From Octopus vulgaris (taxonomy: Eukaryota), in the NCBI GenBank assembly GCA_951406725.2, contig OX597816.1, positions 154,132,001-154,196,000 of the forward strand: 64,000 bases of DNA. Reading direction: 5' to 3'. The translations under genes and the position numbers were made by a program. Within the stretch, counting starts at the first letter, position 1; each line of letters opens with the position of its first letter. Positions 12,405-25,374 of this stretch are shown piece by piece. The notes beneath the pieces were generated by a model, which saw only the letters and a program-made list of their open reading frames with translations, had not been told where the DNA came from and made no database searches.

Positions 12405-13284
12405 ACAAGACTTAAGAGGAGTTTTTGTCTTGGGCTCTGACTGCCGAGGACATGCAAAGGCTTGAGAGAAATGAATCTAGTATGCTTTGCTGGATGTGCA
12501 ATGTCAGTGTGCATGTAAAACAGAGTGTAAGCATCTTGAGAGAAAAGACGGGCATAAGAGGCATCAGATGTGGTGTGCAAGAGAGATGACTTGCTAGTAT
12601 GGTCGTGTGATGTGTATGGACAAGGACAGCTGTGTGAAGATGTGTCACACTCTAACAGTGAAGAGAACCTGTGGAAGAGGTAGACCCCATGAGATGAGGT
12701 AGTGAAGCATGATCTTCAAATGTTGGGCCTCACAGAGGCAATGACAAATGACTGAGACCTTTGGTGATATGCTGTGATTGAGTAGATCCAGCATGCCAAC
12801 TGAGATCATAGTTGTAACTGGCACATAAAAATCACCCTTTGAACATTGGGTAATATGCTGTACTTGAGAAGACCTGTCAAACCAAGTGAAATCATAGTTG
12901 TGGTCAGTGCCTGTGCCATCTAACTGCCACCAGTGCTGGTGTCATGTAAATAGCACTTTACAAGCATTGGGCCCACAGAGGCAGTGTCAGGTAACTGAGA
13001 CCTTTGGTAATATACCGTGCTTGAGAAGACCTGTCAAGCTAAGTGAGGTTGTAGTTGTGGCTGATGCTGGTGTTATGTCAATGGCACCTATGCTGGTGGC
13101 ATGTAAAAAAACACCCACTACATTCTTGGAATGGTTGGCATTTGGAAGGGCATCCAGCTGTAGAAACCATGCCAAATCAGAGTGGAACCTGATGCAGCTC
13201 CCTAGCTTACTAGCCTTAAGTCAAACTGTCCAATCCATGCCAACATGGAAAGCAGATGTTAAACAATGATGATGATAATGATGT
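12405..13284 (+). mobile_element. RTE LINE 3' fragment with 3' UTR and (GAT)n tail
   Basis: WALTAEDMQRLERNESSMLCWMCNV...YGRV...GTCGRGRP coding remnant, then the family 3' UTR. Confidence 0.85.
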
Positions 13285-14086
13285 ACTGGTTCTATTTCAT
13301 TTCTTTATTATTTGTTAACTTATTAACCAGCTAACAAAAAATTATTTGATTAATCGTTTGGTTAATCAATCAGTTAGATATGTTTGTTAAAGTCCTTTCA
13401 TCACTATTTATAACCTCTTCAATGACATGTCCTCTTTACTCCAGATCATCTTCAAATCTGAATGCACAGCTTGTAGCATGCCATTTTATCATTAGAAATG
13501 TAGAGATGTTGAATTCACAATTCAGTTAATGCTCTTCGTTTCTAGAGAGAGAGAGGGGGGACAGAGATAAGGAGAGAGGGGGAGAGAGAAAAAAAACTGA
13601 TTGTATTTTAACACATATTTAGTAAACAATTGTATACATCTGCAAAATCATGAACAACACTCAAACAGTAGCCTCAAGGACACACTAATTGATCACATAT
13701 CCTTATCATAGGAAACACTGCATCAGCTTCTACTTCATCATGGTTATAAAACACTTCTATCTTCAACAACTGCTAACCTTCTATAAATCTCAGGAAAAAT
13801 CTACTTTGGAGTACTGCTTTTACATCTAAAACAGTGCTGCTGCTATACATACAAACACTCTAAACTGCATACAAAAAGAGCCATTGTTATAGTCATCAAC
13901 TTGCAAGTGTTCAAAGGGAGCATTAACCATGTCAATCTCATTAGTGTTGGCTGATCTCTGAAGGCTCTGAGCTCAGCCACATCCTCCAGGCCAAATCAGT
14001 TTAAGAAGAATTATGGTTTTATTTTACATTGTAAAAGCTAATAAATAAGCTTTCACTTTATAACTGAGAAAAAAAGAAGTTCAGCA

Positions 14087-14328
14087 TTAACCCTTAAGCA
14101 TTCAGATTACTCTGTCGAATGTAATGTTTATTTAGTCGCATTGTTTTGAATTAATCATGTATTGTCTTATAGCTTTGAGATTTTGAGGATGTGATTGTTT
14201 AGTTTTAGAATGGCATTGTAGAGTAGGTGTGAGAGACCAGTTTGAACAAGAAAAACACATTGGTTATTTAGGTCAGTTTGAACATAAAACATACTGGATA
14301 TTTAGGCTGGATATGGCTAGTTTAAATT
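14087..14328. mobile_element. piggyBac-like MITE fragment (TTAA|CCCTTWAGCATTC end)
   Basis: Starts TTAACCCTTAAGCATTCAGATTACTCTGTC; a second copy lies in opposite orientation at about 34667-34872. Confidence 0.6.
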
Positions 14329-16354
14329 TTTTAATTGTTTAAACAATCATATTTCAGCATTTATTTAAAGTCCACATACAATTCTGTATCAATCTATATT
14401 TTAAAAGTTATCATAATCCATTGTTGATTCAACATGTCAGTTCAACATTTACTTAACACTGAAATGCCAGCTGAACTAACAGTGTTTTCTACAAGCAAGC
14501 AAAAGCATATGCAACTCTGTGTAATTTGTATATCTCATTTCAGTTGCTAGCAAATACAGAAGTGATATATTGATGCGTCAGAGAAGAAATAAAAGTCTTT
14601 CTCAGAAACAGAACCCTCAAAGTCATCAGAAATAATACAAAAAGATTAGCACAAAATGCTAATTTCTACTTCATCAAACAATATATAACTCTTGTTTTGT
14701 TTCTAATTAAATTCATGTTCATACTGACTCTCAATATTCCACTGATACTAGTGATAATCCTTATTTCATTTACACCTATACGTTTGATAAATGAAACTTT
14801 ATGAACTTGCTTTTACTGGCCTAACTTCTATTTCCAACTCATGATGTTTTTTTTTTAAAATCCTCCAGCCAATTATACTATATATCATACTTTTTTTTTT
14901 ATTTACAGTAGCTAATGTCTTAACTCACTTTCTTCATTTCACTATACCTTCTTGTTATCAAATCTTGAACCACCAATAAATGGTATTTGTACCTCTTAGA
15001 TCAGATGTAATATAATGGGATTTCTTCAGCCTTTTCATACTCATAGAATCTCTTAGACTAGGAGAAAAGTTTTAGGGAAATTTCAGATTATTTTCAAATG
15101 ATATTTGTAAAGCAAATAATATAGCCATAATGCAAATAAACATTAAAATAACATTGTGTCAGCCTAAACTAGTTATTATTTTTTACAATAATAGATTAAA
15201 AATGCAACTTCATAACTAAGACTTAGATGAGCCTGTTTCTGCTCCTTGGTATTTCGATGTATATTTATCAGACAAATGTTAAAAACTGAATCCTTTGTAT
15301 TTTAACTTACAGAAATTAATTTTGTTACTTTGATAAATATCTACTAAGGTTTTATAATAAAAAGACTCATTAACATCCTTATATATATAGTCACTATAGA
15401 ATTTTAGTGCCTTTTGGTGCACTCAAGTGTGTTAATTTTACTTTAGAATTAGAAACCAGTTACATTGATACCATTTCTACAGATTATAAAAACACACACT
15501 TTGGTGAAAACTATCTTCAACTGGTGCCGTTCCTCCATTAGCTCGCAGTAGCCTATAGAACTTATTTTCACATAGTTTGTCCATCCATGATTCATTGGTA
15601 AGTCTCGGGTAATTTTTGATGGCACCACTGAATTGTCAACTTGTTGTTGATCAATGCTGCCACATTCATCTTTCAGCTGTAACCCTGGATATAAGACCCT
15701 TGTTGTGTCATTAGAAAATAGTTCATCATCAATATTTTTGACACCCAAAACCAACCTACCTATATCTATCTATCTTTCTGTTTGTCTATATAAATATATG
15801 TATATGTATGTGCGTATATAACGTATATGTATGTATGTATGTATGTGTATATCAGGCATCTGCCATCAGTAATTACTCAGGGTAGGCAGTTGGCGACCTT
15901 TATGTAGTAAAACACACAAAAAGTAAGTGAAATACAGGTGCATGGCTGAGTTGAGGCAGATCTATTTCTACCTTTATAGCACATAAAGGAAACAGTGTTG
16001 TAGAAATGTACACAGCATGTGTACTACAGTACTATGTGTAGCTTAAATACTGAGATTAAAAAGCAGGGGCAAATTATGCCTACTTAATCTATAAAAAAAA
16101 TAAAACATTTTGAATTTTATGCATAGTAATCATAGTAATCATAATTTTATTGAATTCGGTGCATATTTTGCCATGAGAGCAAAATGTTGCTATTGATCTA
16201 TTTTATTCAAAGTACCTTGCTTACCTAGGCAGCATGTTCCTGGTGTATATATATGTCCACACACACACACATACACAAACACACATGCACACACACATAC
16301 ATGTATGTATGCAAGCACACACACACACTCTCTCTGTGTATATTATATATATTG

Positions 16355-16680
16355 GCAGAGATATGGACAAGGTAATCAGAGTAGTTAGAGCATGTGGTAG
16401 GATAATTAAGCTTAGGCTAGTCTTAGAAAATATGACAGCAACTCATATCTCTGCCTCTGCTCAGCAATCAGAACTGATGGATGAACATAGGGACCATTTT
16501 TCCAATGCTGTTTTGCAGATTACCTTAATAATGAATAACAATAACATTATCATTATGGCTGGTGTCTTCAGCAGATATGTTGGGTAGCATCTTGTGGATG
16601 GAAGTTATGGATTTTGTTCTAGGAAGGAGAAAGGAAGAAGACTCTTGGCATTCTGTGATGCAAAGATCTAAGTATCTGCC
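16355..16680 (+). mobile_element. RTE LINE endonuclease fragment
   Basis: DKVIRVVRACGRIIKLRLVL...ISASAQQ...IIMAGVFSRYVG, homologous to 45380-45700. Confidence 0.75.
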
Positions 16681-17164
16681 AGTTACTCTGATTTAAATAC
16701 TATGAAATTGTCAAGACAGATATATGCACGTGACTATAGCTACCACTACTATAGCCTAAGGCTTTTCTACATCCTTTTCTCCTCTTTCACATTTCAGTAT
16801 TTGTTTGTTGACATAGTTTCTATGACTGGATATTCTTCCTAACACCAACCACTTTACAATATGTATTGGGTGTTTTTTTTCATGCCACCAATACTGGTGA
16901 TGTCACCATGCAGCTGAGGCTTCAAGCTTCAGGTTGGGTAGGGGGACTTTATGCCAGGAGAATAAGTAGAGAGAGTTGAAGTATGAGAGAAAAGAGTCGG
17001 AGCAAGTAGGTTTCTTGCTAAAGAGAAGGTAAATGATTATTCATGTTTTAAAAGAGAGTGTGTGGGGAGCTAGAAATTGGTGATGAAGTGTTAGAGTGAA
17101 CCTATAAGGTACAAGATAGATAGGAATGAATAGGGCAAAAGTGTCAGAAGTGAGCGGTAGGTGT

Positions 17165-18020
17165 TGAGCATGTCTAGTGTAGGTCGACAGAATAGATATA
17201 TAGAATTTATACCAACTCCTTTGCTGTGTGTCAAACAAGGCCATTCACCTGAAAGTACCAGGGTCTTATCCTCTTTCCTACCTACCAAAATCTTTGCCTT
17301 TGCTAGGTTTACTTTTGTCATTGCTAGGTCTTTGTTAGACCACTCAGTCCCAGGTTAAGTTTCCATGCCTGGAATTTTCACCCTAATTTCCCTATAGATT
17401 TAGCTACAAGATCAATATATATGAGTTCCCATAGACAGCCAGTCTTATATTCCTCAATGATAGCCTCTAGGACTATTGTAAATAGGGGAGGACTGAGGAA
17501 TGAATCTTAATGGTATCCTATCTTCATGCTAGATTTGTTGCTGACTCTCACTTTACTTACTTTATAGCTTGCACGGTCCTTGCAAGTCATTCATCAACAC
17601 CTAGTTTCCTCAATAATCACAACATTACTGAATGTGGTAATTTAAATGCTTTCCCAAATCAATGAAAGCCAGGAATAGCCGAGTATTTCTCATGCAGTTG
17701 CCTCACTAGGAAGATTGTATCTATGGTATCTCTTCTAGGGACAAAGCCAAACAGCATCTCATCCAGGTCTACAGATTAATTGGGCTATGAATTTCTCCAT
17801 GACCTTCATAACCTTGTCTTGTAGTTTGATTCTTCTATGGATGCTTCTCCCTAAAACATCTCCTTTGCTTTTGTAGCAGTTTACAGTGATACTGCTAAAC
17901 TACTTATTGGAAATGATATTAGTTGATTAAAAATCTAGGTGGTGATCTTGTATCATACCTCCCCAAATATTTTAAGCATTTCTGCAACTATTCCTGATAG
18001 ATCTGCTGCTTTTCCTCTAC
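17165..18020 (-). mobile_element. RTE LINE RT fragment
   Basis: Reverse strand reads FGFVPRRDTIDTIFLVRQLHEK, AFIDLGKAF, KVNLAKAKILV, WPC. Confidence 0.75.
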
Positions 18021-18903
18021 TCGTATTCTTGTTTTACCTACTGCACTGCTGTTGATCTCACACAAACAGTACTATTTTATTGTGCAAACAAATTGTCCGT
18101 TTACCACAATTTTAGCATTATATAGATTATATCCACTTACTCCTTCTTATCTGTGCATTTTGACACTTGTAGGTCAAACTTCAATAACTTACTGTTCAGA
18201 TTAATTTACAGCCATATTAAAAATCATTATCAAAAATTCCATATTCATGTTATAGCATTGCTTTCATTGCAATTTGCAATAAACTCTTTCATACTAATGC
18301 AATTTACCAACACTTACAATGGTCTGTAAGAATGATATTCAACCAGTAAATTGTTCTGGTGCCCAGTAAATCAAAGAAGGGCTTGTGAATTTCTAAAAGC
18401 CTCTTATATGAAATAAAGAAACAAAAATATGAATAACTCGCAGTTGTCTTCCATTATATTATTCATAAAGGTTAAGGTTATCTAAGATGTGGTTCTTCAG
18501 ATATATTTTCTTTTTTCATTTTTTTTTTCACCAGGACTTATTCATTTTTCTCATTAAATTAACAATTGCCTCACATAGTGGAGGAACAAGTAATGATAGC
18601 TACAAATATACTGAAAGCTGTTGCTTTACATTCAGTCAACCTGTATCATGTCACAAAGTTTGACCTTCTCACTTTCGGAGTTGGCTGATATGAACACTCT
18701 TTCAATACAAAAATAGTAGATAATTTTCAAGTGTTATTCTTTCAACTATCCATGGCTTAGATAAAACAAACAGATCAGTCCTTGTTGCCAAGCATTAGGT
18801 TTATATGTCTATGCATGAATGAGAGTATGATGTGTGTATGCGTGTGTGTGATAAATACACACACACACATCTATATGTAAAGAGTTTGTATAAAAGAAAT
18901 TTA

Positions 18904-19690
18904 TATGGTCTGATCAATAAGTATCCGGACTGTTGCCATAGTGATGAAGCTAAAGTATACAGATTGAAGCTGCTTGGCACATATTGACCTTGAACTCTGC
19001 TGTGCATACACACAAAGTTTGACCATTCTAGCTCACTTCCACTCTTTACAGCAGTGCTTGGAAGGAAGGAGTGTAGTGTGTGATCATCACATTGACTATG
19101 ACAGAGAAAATTGAGCAGAGAATCTGCATCAAATTTTGCCATAAGCCTGGTGATACCTGCTCAGAGGCCTATGCAAAGTTTTCAAAAAGTTTTTATCACT
19201 CTCGACACAATCAAGGAAATCTTGTGCAACCAAAACCCAAGTTTCTTTTTGGTCAGCTGAAAGCAGTTTTGGCGCAAACTCAGCAGACATGTATCTCATA
19301 CCCAAATCTTCAGTGATAATGGACTGAACTGAACTGTAACTAATCTTCACATCCTCTGATATCTTACAGCTGATGATTTGATGATTTCCTCACAACTGTA
19401 CACACATCTGTGATTTTTTTCTCAGTTCTGCTGGTTGTGGGTCTCCCTGAACATTCATCAACATCGACATTTTTTCAGTCATCTTCGAAATATCTGAACC
19501 ACTTGTACACTTGTGTGCAGCTCATACACTCCTCTCCATCCACTTTCTGCAACTTTTCTTAGGTCTCTGAACAAGTATCGCCATGACAACTTTCTCTGTC
19601 ATGTTCAATACGAATATCACACACTACACACCTTCCTTCCAAGCAGAAGTGAGCTAAAACATTAAAACATTAAAACTTAGTGCATATGCA
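18904..19690. mobile_element. Two convergent mariner 5' fragments (18904-19190 on +, 19190-19690 on -)
   Basis: The + copy has a TIR-like TATGGTCTGATCAATAAGTATCCGGAC and MTEKIEQRICIKFC. The - copy repeats the same leader and reads RPTTSRTEK...ISYSSVQSIITEDLGMRYMSAEFAPKLLSADQK (mariner HTH/WVPxxL region). Confidence 0.8.
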
Positions 19691-19759
19691 TTGATATTAG
19701 AAAAATGTAGCATCTGTGCATATGCATTGATATTAGAAAAATGTAGCATCTCAAAGCAA

Positions 19760-20070
19760 CATTACTTATTATTAGTGGGCCACTTGGAATGATATCAAAA
19801 GGAGCAAACAAATATGCAGACCAAATTCCTGGCAGCCTCTAAGTGAGCTGCAAAAGATCGTACTTACAAATACCACATATATTTTAAGTAAATTCCTCTT
19901 CATGTAAATACAACCTTACTCATTCAGTGTTATTACATTTTTTTTCAGTTGCATGGCATCTTATCTTTTAGTATCTTTAGAAAATCTTGTCCCTCGATGT
20001 CTGTGATTGAAAGTTGGGTGTAGCTTGTATAAATTAAAGCCAAATCAAAACACAACGATGATATGGTAAT
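19760..20070 (+). mobile_element. R4/Dong-like (RLE-type) LINE 3' end
   Basis: IISGPLGMISKGANKY...ELQKIVLTNTTYILSKFL resembles the R4-clade C-terminus (GALG...LQK.VL.GTA.ILR); followed by trinucleotide runs. Confidence 0.55.
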
Positions 20071-20174
20071 GATGATGATGATGGTGGTGGTGGTGGTGGC
20101 GGCGGCGGCGGCGGCGGTGGTGGTGGTGGTGGTAGTGGTGGTGATGATGATGGTTGTTGTTGCTGCTACTGTTG

Positions 20175-20845
20175 TTGTTTCAAATTTTGGCATGAGGCCA
20201 GTAATTTCGGGGTAGGTGGGTAAGTCAATTACATCCACCCCAGTGCACAACTGGTGCTTATTTTATCAAAGGAAACCGAAGTTGATCTTAGCAAAATTTG
20301 AACTCAGAACATAAAGAACCAGAAGAAATGCTGCTAAGCATTTTGTCCAGCATGCTAACAATTCTGCCAGCTCTCCACCTTTATTTCTAATATAGGCACA
20401 TAGCTTAAAATTTGGGAGAGGGTGCAAGTCAATTACATTGACTGCAGTACTTGATTGATATTTCATTGATCATAATAAGATGAAGGGAAAAGTTCCTCTT
20501 AGTACAGTTTCTACTCAGAATGTAAAAAGCAAGAAGATGCTGCTAAACATTTTGTCTGACATTCTAAAGATTCTGCCAGCTCACCACCTGAATAATAATA
20601 ATAACTAGCTGGACCTGTGAAAAATTTATGGAAAACATAAAAGATGTAAGCATCTGTAAACAGTGTACTGGTGCCATGAGAAATGTTTGTATATTATGAC
20701 CATCTGTCTTTATATTCTGAGTTCAAATTCTATTGAGGTCGACTTTGACTTTCGTCCTTTCGGGGTCAGTAGATTAAGTACCAGTTGTGTACTAGGGTCG
20801 ATCTAATCAACTGGCCCCCTCCCCATAAAAATTTCAGGCCTAGAA
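20175..20845. mobile_element. Cluster of three tRNA-derived SINEs (two on -, one on +)
   Basis: Repeated ggtggagagctggcagaattgttagc head, ttctgagttcaaatt B-box and gactttgactttcgtcctttcggggtc core. Confidence 0.75.
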
Positions 20846-20964
20846 CATTATATTGTGACAGTTACAGAATATAGAAAGCAATGTAACACTAATGACTATA
20901 TAATCCAACCAAAATATCTGTTATACAAACGTAAACGGAATTACTTTTTAACTTTAAAATACAT

Positions 20965-21360
20965 TCTTTTACTCGTTTCAGTCATTTGACTCTGGCCATG
21001 CTGGAGCACTACCTTTAGTCGAGCAAATCGACCCTAGAACTTATTCTTTGTAAGCCTAGTACTTACTCCATCAGTCTCTTTTGCCGAACTGCCAAGTTAC
21101 GGGGGACGTAAACACACCAGCATCAGTTGTCAAGCATTGTTGGGGAGACATACTCACACTCACACAAACATACACACACATACATATACATATATATGAC
21201 GGGCTTCTTTCAGTTTCCGTCTACCAAATACACTCACAAGACTTTGGTCAGCTCGAGGCTATAGTAGAAGACACTTGCCCAAGGTGCCACGAAGTGGGAC
21301 TGAACCCGGAACCATGTGGTTGGTAAGTAAGATACTTACCACACAGCCACTCCTACGCCT
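20965..21360 (-). mobile_element. Full-length tRNA-derived SINE
   Basis: Head GGCGTAGGAGTGGCTGTGTGGTAAG (A box) and GGGTTCAGTCCC (B box), CACCTTGGGCAAG core, internal (TG/TA)n, 3' end ...CAAATGACTGAAACGAGTAAAAG. Confidence 0.85.
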
Positions 21361-21448
21361 TACCACACAGCCACTTACCACACAGCCACTTACAACACAG
21401 CCACTTACCACACAACCACTTACCACACAGTCACTTACCACACAGCCA
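21359..21448. repeat. 6 x 15-bp tandem repeat CTTACCACACAGCCA
   Basis: Counted directly; the unit equals the A-box segment of the adjacent SINE head. Confidence 0.9.
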
Positions 21449-21939
21449 CATTTTACATATTCAAAGAACCTTCTTGGTTTAGTGGTACAGATCAGTTTTT
21501 TGGTCTTCCTTTATTCTTTTACTTGTTTCAGTCATATAATGGAGACCATGCTGGAGCACCACCCTTTAGTTGAAGAAATTGACCCCTGGATTTATTCCTT
21601 GTAAGCCTGGTGCTTATTCTATCAGTCTCTTCAGCTGAATAGCTAAATTACAGGGATGCAAACGCATCGAGAATGAAATAATAAATGTATTTAGATGTAC
21701 AAATTAGTAGTCAAAATAAAAGCTGCTTCCATCACTAATAGTTAATTATGCATGTATGTATGTATGTTTAATTAAATACTGACTATGTATTTAAGTTTTA
21801 TCTTATCTTTTTTATTTATATTGTTCATATTTTCTTATTGACCTTCTACACTTAGTTTGGAACAGTAAAGTTTCTAAATATATATCTGAGGTTTCTAGAC
21901 CTTCATAGTTTCATTTTCAAGAATTGAATTTTGAATATA

Positions 21940-22922
21940 TTTGGTGTTTGACTATAAATCAAATATCCAATGCTATTAGCGTATCCTGCAAGAGAGTTGA
22001 GAATATTCTGCACAATGAATTTGGCATGATGAAGGTTTGTGCTTTCTTGGGGCCATATCTGATACCTGATCAAAAGCACATTTGGCTGATCATATTATGG
22101 GAAAATGTAACATTGTTTCAGGCAGATCCAGCTGGTTTCCTTGAATATTTCCTAACTCAGGATGGCTTCATCACTTTGAACCAGAGACAAAAAGACAATA
22201 CATACAGTGGAAACACCCCTGCTCCAATGAAGATCAAGGTTGTTTCATCTGCAGAGAAAGTGATGGCCTCAGTTTTTTGGGATGCAAATGGCATTGTGCT
22301 CATTGACTATCTTCAAACAGGCCACTCCATCAATGGAGAGTACTATGCCAACTTATTGAGGCAGTCACAAAAAGCACTCAAGACCAAATACCCAAGAAAA
22401 CTGATGAAAGGAGACTTGTTTCATTAGGTCACTGCTCTAGCACACAAGTCCTTGCTTCCAATAGCTGTTGTGCATGACTGTGGCTTTGAACTGGTTGTTC
22501 ACCCTCTCTATTCCCCTGATTTGGCCCAATCTGACTATCATCTATTCCTCAACATGAAAAAACACTTGGCTGGGAACCAGTATCACAGTGATGATGATGT
22601 CATATCTGATTCCTTCAAGGTTCTTGAGTCCTGTGTCTGGTTCCAACATGGCATCACGAGAGAAACAAAAATTGCTGTGTACCATGTATTTATACGGACA
22701 TCACTCCTTTACTCATGTGAGACATGGACCTTTTTACAGGCCTCATGTAAGAGTCCTTTTTCGACCAACAGGATGAAGCTTCTTCACGAAGGGGATTCAA
22801 GCACTGCAAAACCAAAGGAAGAAGTGTGTGAACTGCAAGGGGACTATGTTGAAAAATAAACCTCATTTGGTCACATTCTCTAAGGGTATCTTGGTCAGCC
22901 TATGAACTCTTCAGATGATCTT
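21940..22922 (+). mobile_element. Mariner transposase pseudogene (3' two-thirds) with an RTE fragment inserted at about 22605-22760
   Basis: FLTQD, KVMASVFWDANGIVLIDYL, INGEYYANLL, degenerate HDNA, HPLYSPDLAQSDYHLF, GDYVEK* and a 3' TIR-like end. The insert reads TKIAVYHVFIRTSLLYSCETWT (RTE). Confidence 0.85.
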
Positions 22923-23689
22923 TGTGTGTGCGTGTGTGTGTGCGCGTGATTATATATAAAATTGTGTGCATACATGCATGCACACATACATAAAATAGGG
23001 TCTGCCACATATGACTGATTTATGGCTATTGTGCATTGTGAGATTGAACAGGTTAGGTGTAAGGTGGAGTAGCAGCAGCAGCTATGAAAGGAATTCAAAG
23101 TCTAAGGTAGGATAAATGAATGGTGGGGCAGGGCGTGTTGTTTTCTGGCTACAGGTGTGGCCTTCTGTTTTATTACTGGACATCAAAGGATTTGATTTAT
23201 TTGATCAGTGAAGAAGTAAAATAATTCACTTTTGGTCATGGCTCTTTAGTAATAAATATTTATATTTTATGTGAAAACACAGAATTATCAAAGCTTTAAA
23301 GGCAGTTTATAAACTGTTTTTTTAAAATAAATTATTGTGGTTGTTGTGCAGTTGTTTAATCTTTTCATTACTGTATTTATTTTGAGACACTCCGTGTTTC
23401 TTTGAATGACTTTAAATATAACAAAGAATTTAGTAAAATAACTTAGTTATCATTCAGATAGTATTAGGAAATTCAATTGTGACTAAGGTTTGGTGGAAGA
23501 TTTTAATTCAAAACTTACGAAAACAAGATATTTGTACTCAGAGCCAGAGCCTGTTTCAGCTAGGTTGATATTGAAAAGGTTAACCCTGTGTCAGTTTTGA
23601 TCTCACAGACCTATTACAGCTATGATCATCCAGTCTTTTATTTAAATAGTGTATCTTGGACTACATTATCAAATCTTTTATCTTTTATT

Positions 23690-24035
23690 TATGACTTGTT
23701 TCAGCCTTTAGACTGTGGCCATACTGGGGCACTGCCTTGAAGAATTGACCCAAATATTTATTTTGCATTTTTTTTAATGCCTTGTATTTATTCTATCGGT
23801 ATCTTTTGCAGGGATGTTAACACACCAACACTGGTTGTTGTGACAGGGGACAAACACAGATACACACACACACACACAATGGGCTTCTTTCAGTTTCTGT
23901 CTACGAAATCCACTCACATGGCTTTGGTCATCCTGAAGCTATAATAGAAGACACTCAGCCAAGGTGCCATGCAGTGGGACTGAACCTGGAATTATGTGGT
24001 TGAGCAATAAACTTCTTACCACAGGGCCATGCTTG
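23690..24035 (-). mobile_element. tRNA-derived SINE
   Basis: Same family as 20965-21360. Confidence 0.75.
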
Positions 24036-24511
24036 TGAACTTACTTTTTTTGTGTTGGTTAACTCCATTGATAAACCTCGACCAGACAGACATTATAATT
24101 GTTTTGTTTTAATGTCCACTTTTCCATGCTGACATGGATTGGACAAAATTCATTGAAGTAGATTTTCTATGGGTGGATGTCCTTCCTGTCACCAACCCTC
24201 CTTTATTTCTAATTGTCAGATTGGAAACTGATGTCCTCCACTATTGCTTGTATGATGATGATGCTCATTTGCACCTACTACATAGGCTGAAGAATGCTCA
24301 AACACACGCAGGGGCTTCTTTCAGTTTTTGTCTACTAAATCCACTGACAAGACTTTGGTTGGCCTGTGGCTATGGTGGAGGACATGTGCCCAAGGTGCCA
24401 TGCAATGGGACTGAACCAGAAATGATGTGGTTGGGAAGCAAACTTCTTAACCTCACAACCACACTTGCACCTCATCATCACCATAATAATAATAATGATG
24501 ATGATGATGAT

Positions 24512-24940
24512 GGAGGCAAAGTGGCTGAGTTCCTTTTGAGCATTGGGCCTCACGGAGGCAAAGTGGCTGAGTTCTTTTCAAGTATTAGGCCTCATGGAGA
24601 CAAAGTGGCTGAGTTACTTTTGAATGTTGGGCCTCACGGAAGGAGGCAAAATGGCTGAGTTCCTTTCGAGTATTGGGCTCCGCGGAGGCAATGGCCAAGA
24701 CCTTTGGCATTATGTCGTGCTAGAGAAGACCCATCAAACTGAGAAAAACTGCGGTCATGCAAATGGCACTCGTGCTGGTGGCATGTAACTCTCGGAGTGG
24801 TTGGCGTTAGGAAAGGCATCCAGCTGTAGAAAACCATACCAAATCAAACTGGAGTCTAGTGCAGCCTTCCAGCTAAACAGCCCCGGTCAAATTGTCCAAC
24901 CCATGCCAGCATGGACAACGGACATTAAATGATGATGTTG
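24512..24940 (+). mobile_element. RTE 3' UTR fragment containing a 42-bp x about 4 tandem repeat
   Basis: Unit ggaggcaaagtggctgagttccttttgagcattgggcctcac, followed by the common RTE tail. Confidence 0.75.
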
Positions 24941-24986
24941 ATATATATATATTAAATGATGATGATGATATATATATATATATATA

Positions 24987-25355
24987 GGCACAGGCATGGC
25001 TGTGTGGTAAGAAGCTTGCTTCCCAACCACATGGTTCTGGGTTCAGTCCCACAGCATGGCCCCTTGGGCAAGTGTCTTCTACTATAGCTTTAGGCTGACC
25101 AAAGCCTTGTGAGTTGGTTTGGTAGTCAGAAACTGGAAGAAGCCCATCATATGTATATATGTGCATGCATGTGTCCCTGCCATCACTTGACAATTGATGC
25201 TGGTGTGTTATGTCCTCATAATTTAGCTGTTTGATAAAAGAGACCGATAGAATAAGTACTAGGCTTACAAAGAATAAGTCCTGGGGTTGGTTCCTTCGAC
25301 TAATATCCTTTAAGGCAGTGCTCCAGCATGGCCACAGTCAAATGACTGAAACAAG
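24987..25355 (+). mobile_element. tRNA-derived SINE
   Basis: ggcacaggcatggctgtgtggtaag...ggttcagtccc...cttgggcaag...caaatgactgaaacaag. Confidence 0.85.
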
Positions 25356-25374
25356 CAAAGGAATAGAAGAATAT

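Noticed and set aside
15449-15754. 101-aa minus-strand ORF as a possible host exon
   Set aside because: No polypyrimidine acceptor. With frameshifts it reads like a decayed RTE C-terminus (KLTIQWC..., RDLP...WTNYVK, ELMEERHQLK), and FAM185A already has a start exon at 3845.
19681-19752. Short local duplications (37-bp period here; 27 bp at 57593 and 57660)
   Set aside because: Ordinary small duplications at element junctions, with no further structure.
21359-21448. Short regular repeats resembling a CRISPR array (also 24512-24690 and 29701-29945)
   Set aside because: Head-to-tail tandem units with no unique spacers, eukaryotic context, no cas genes.
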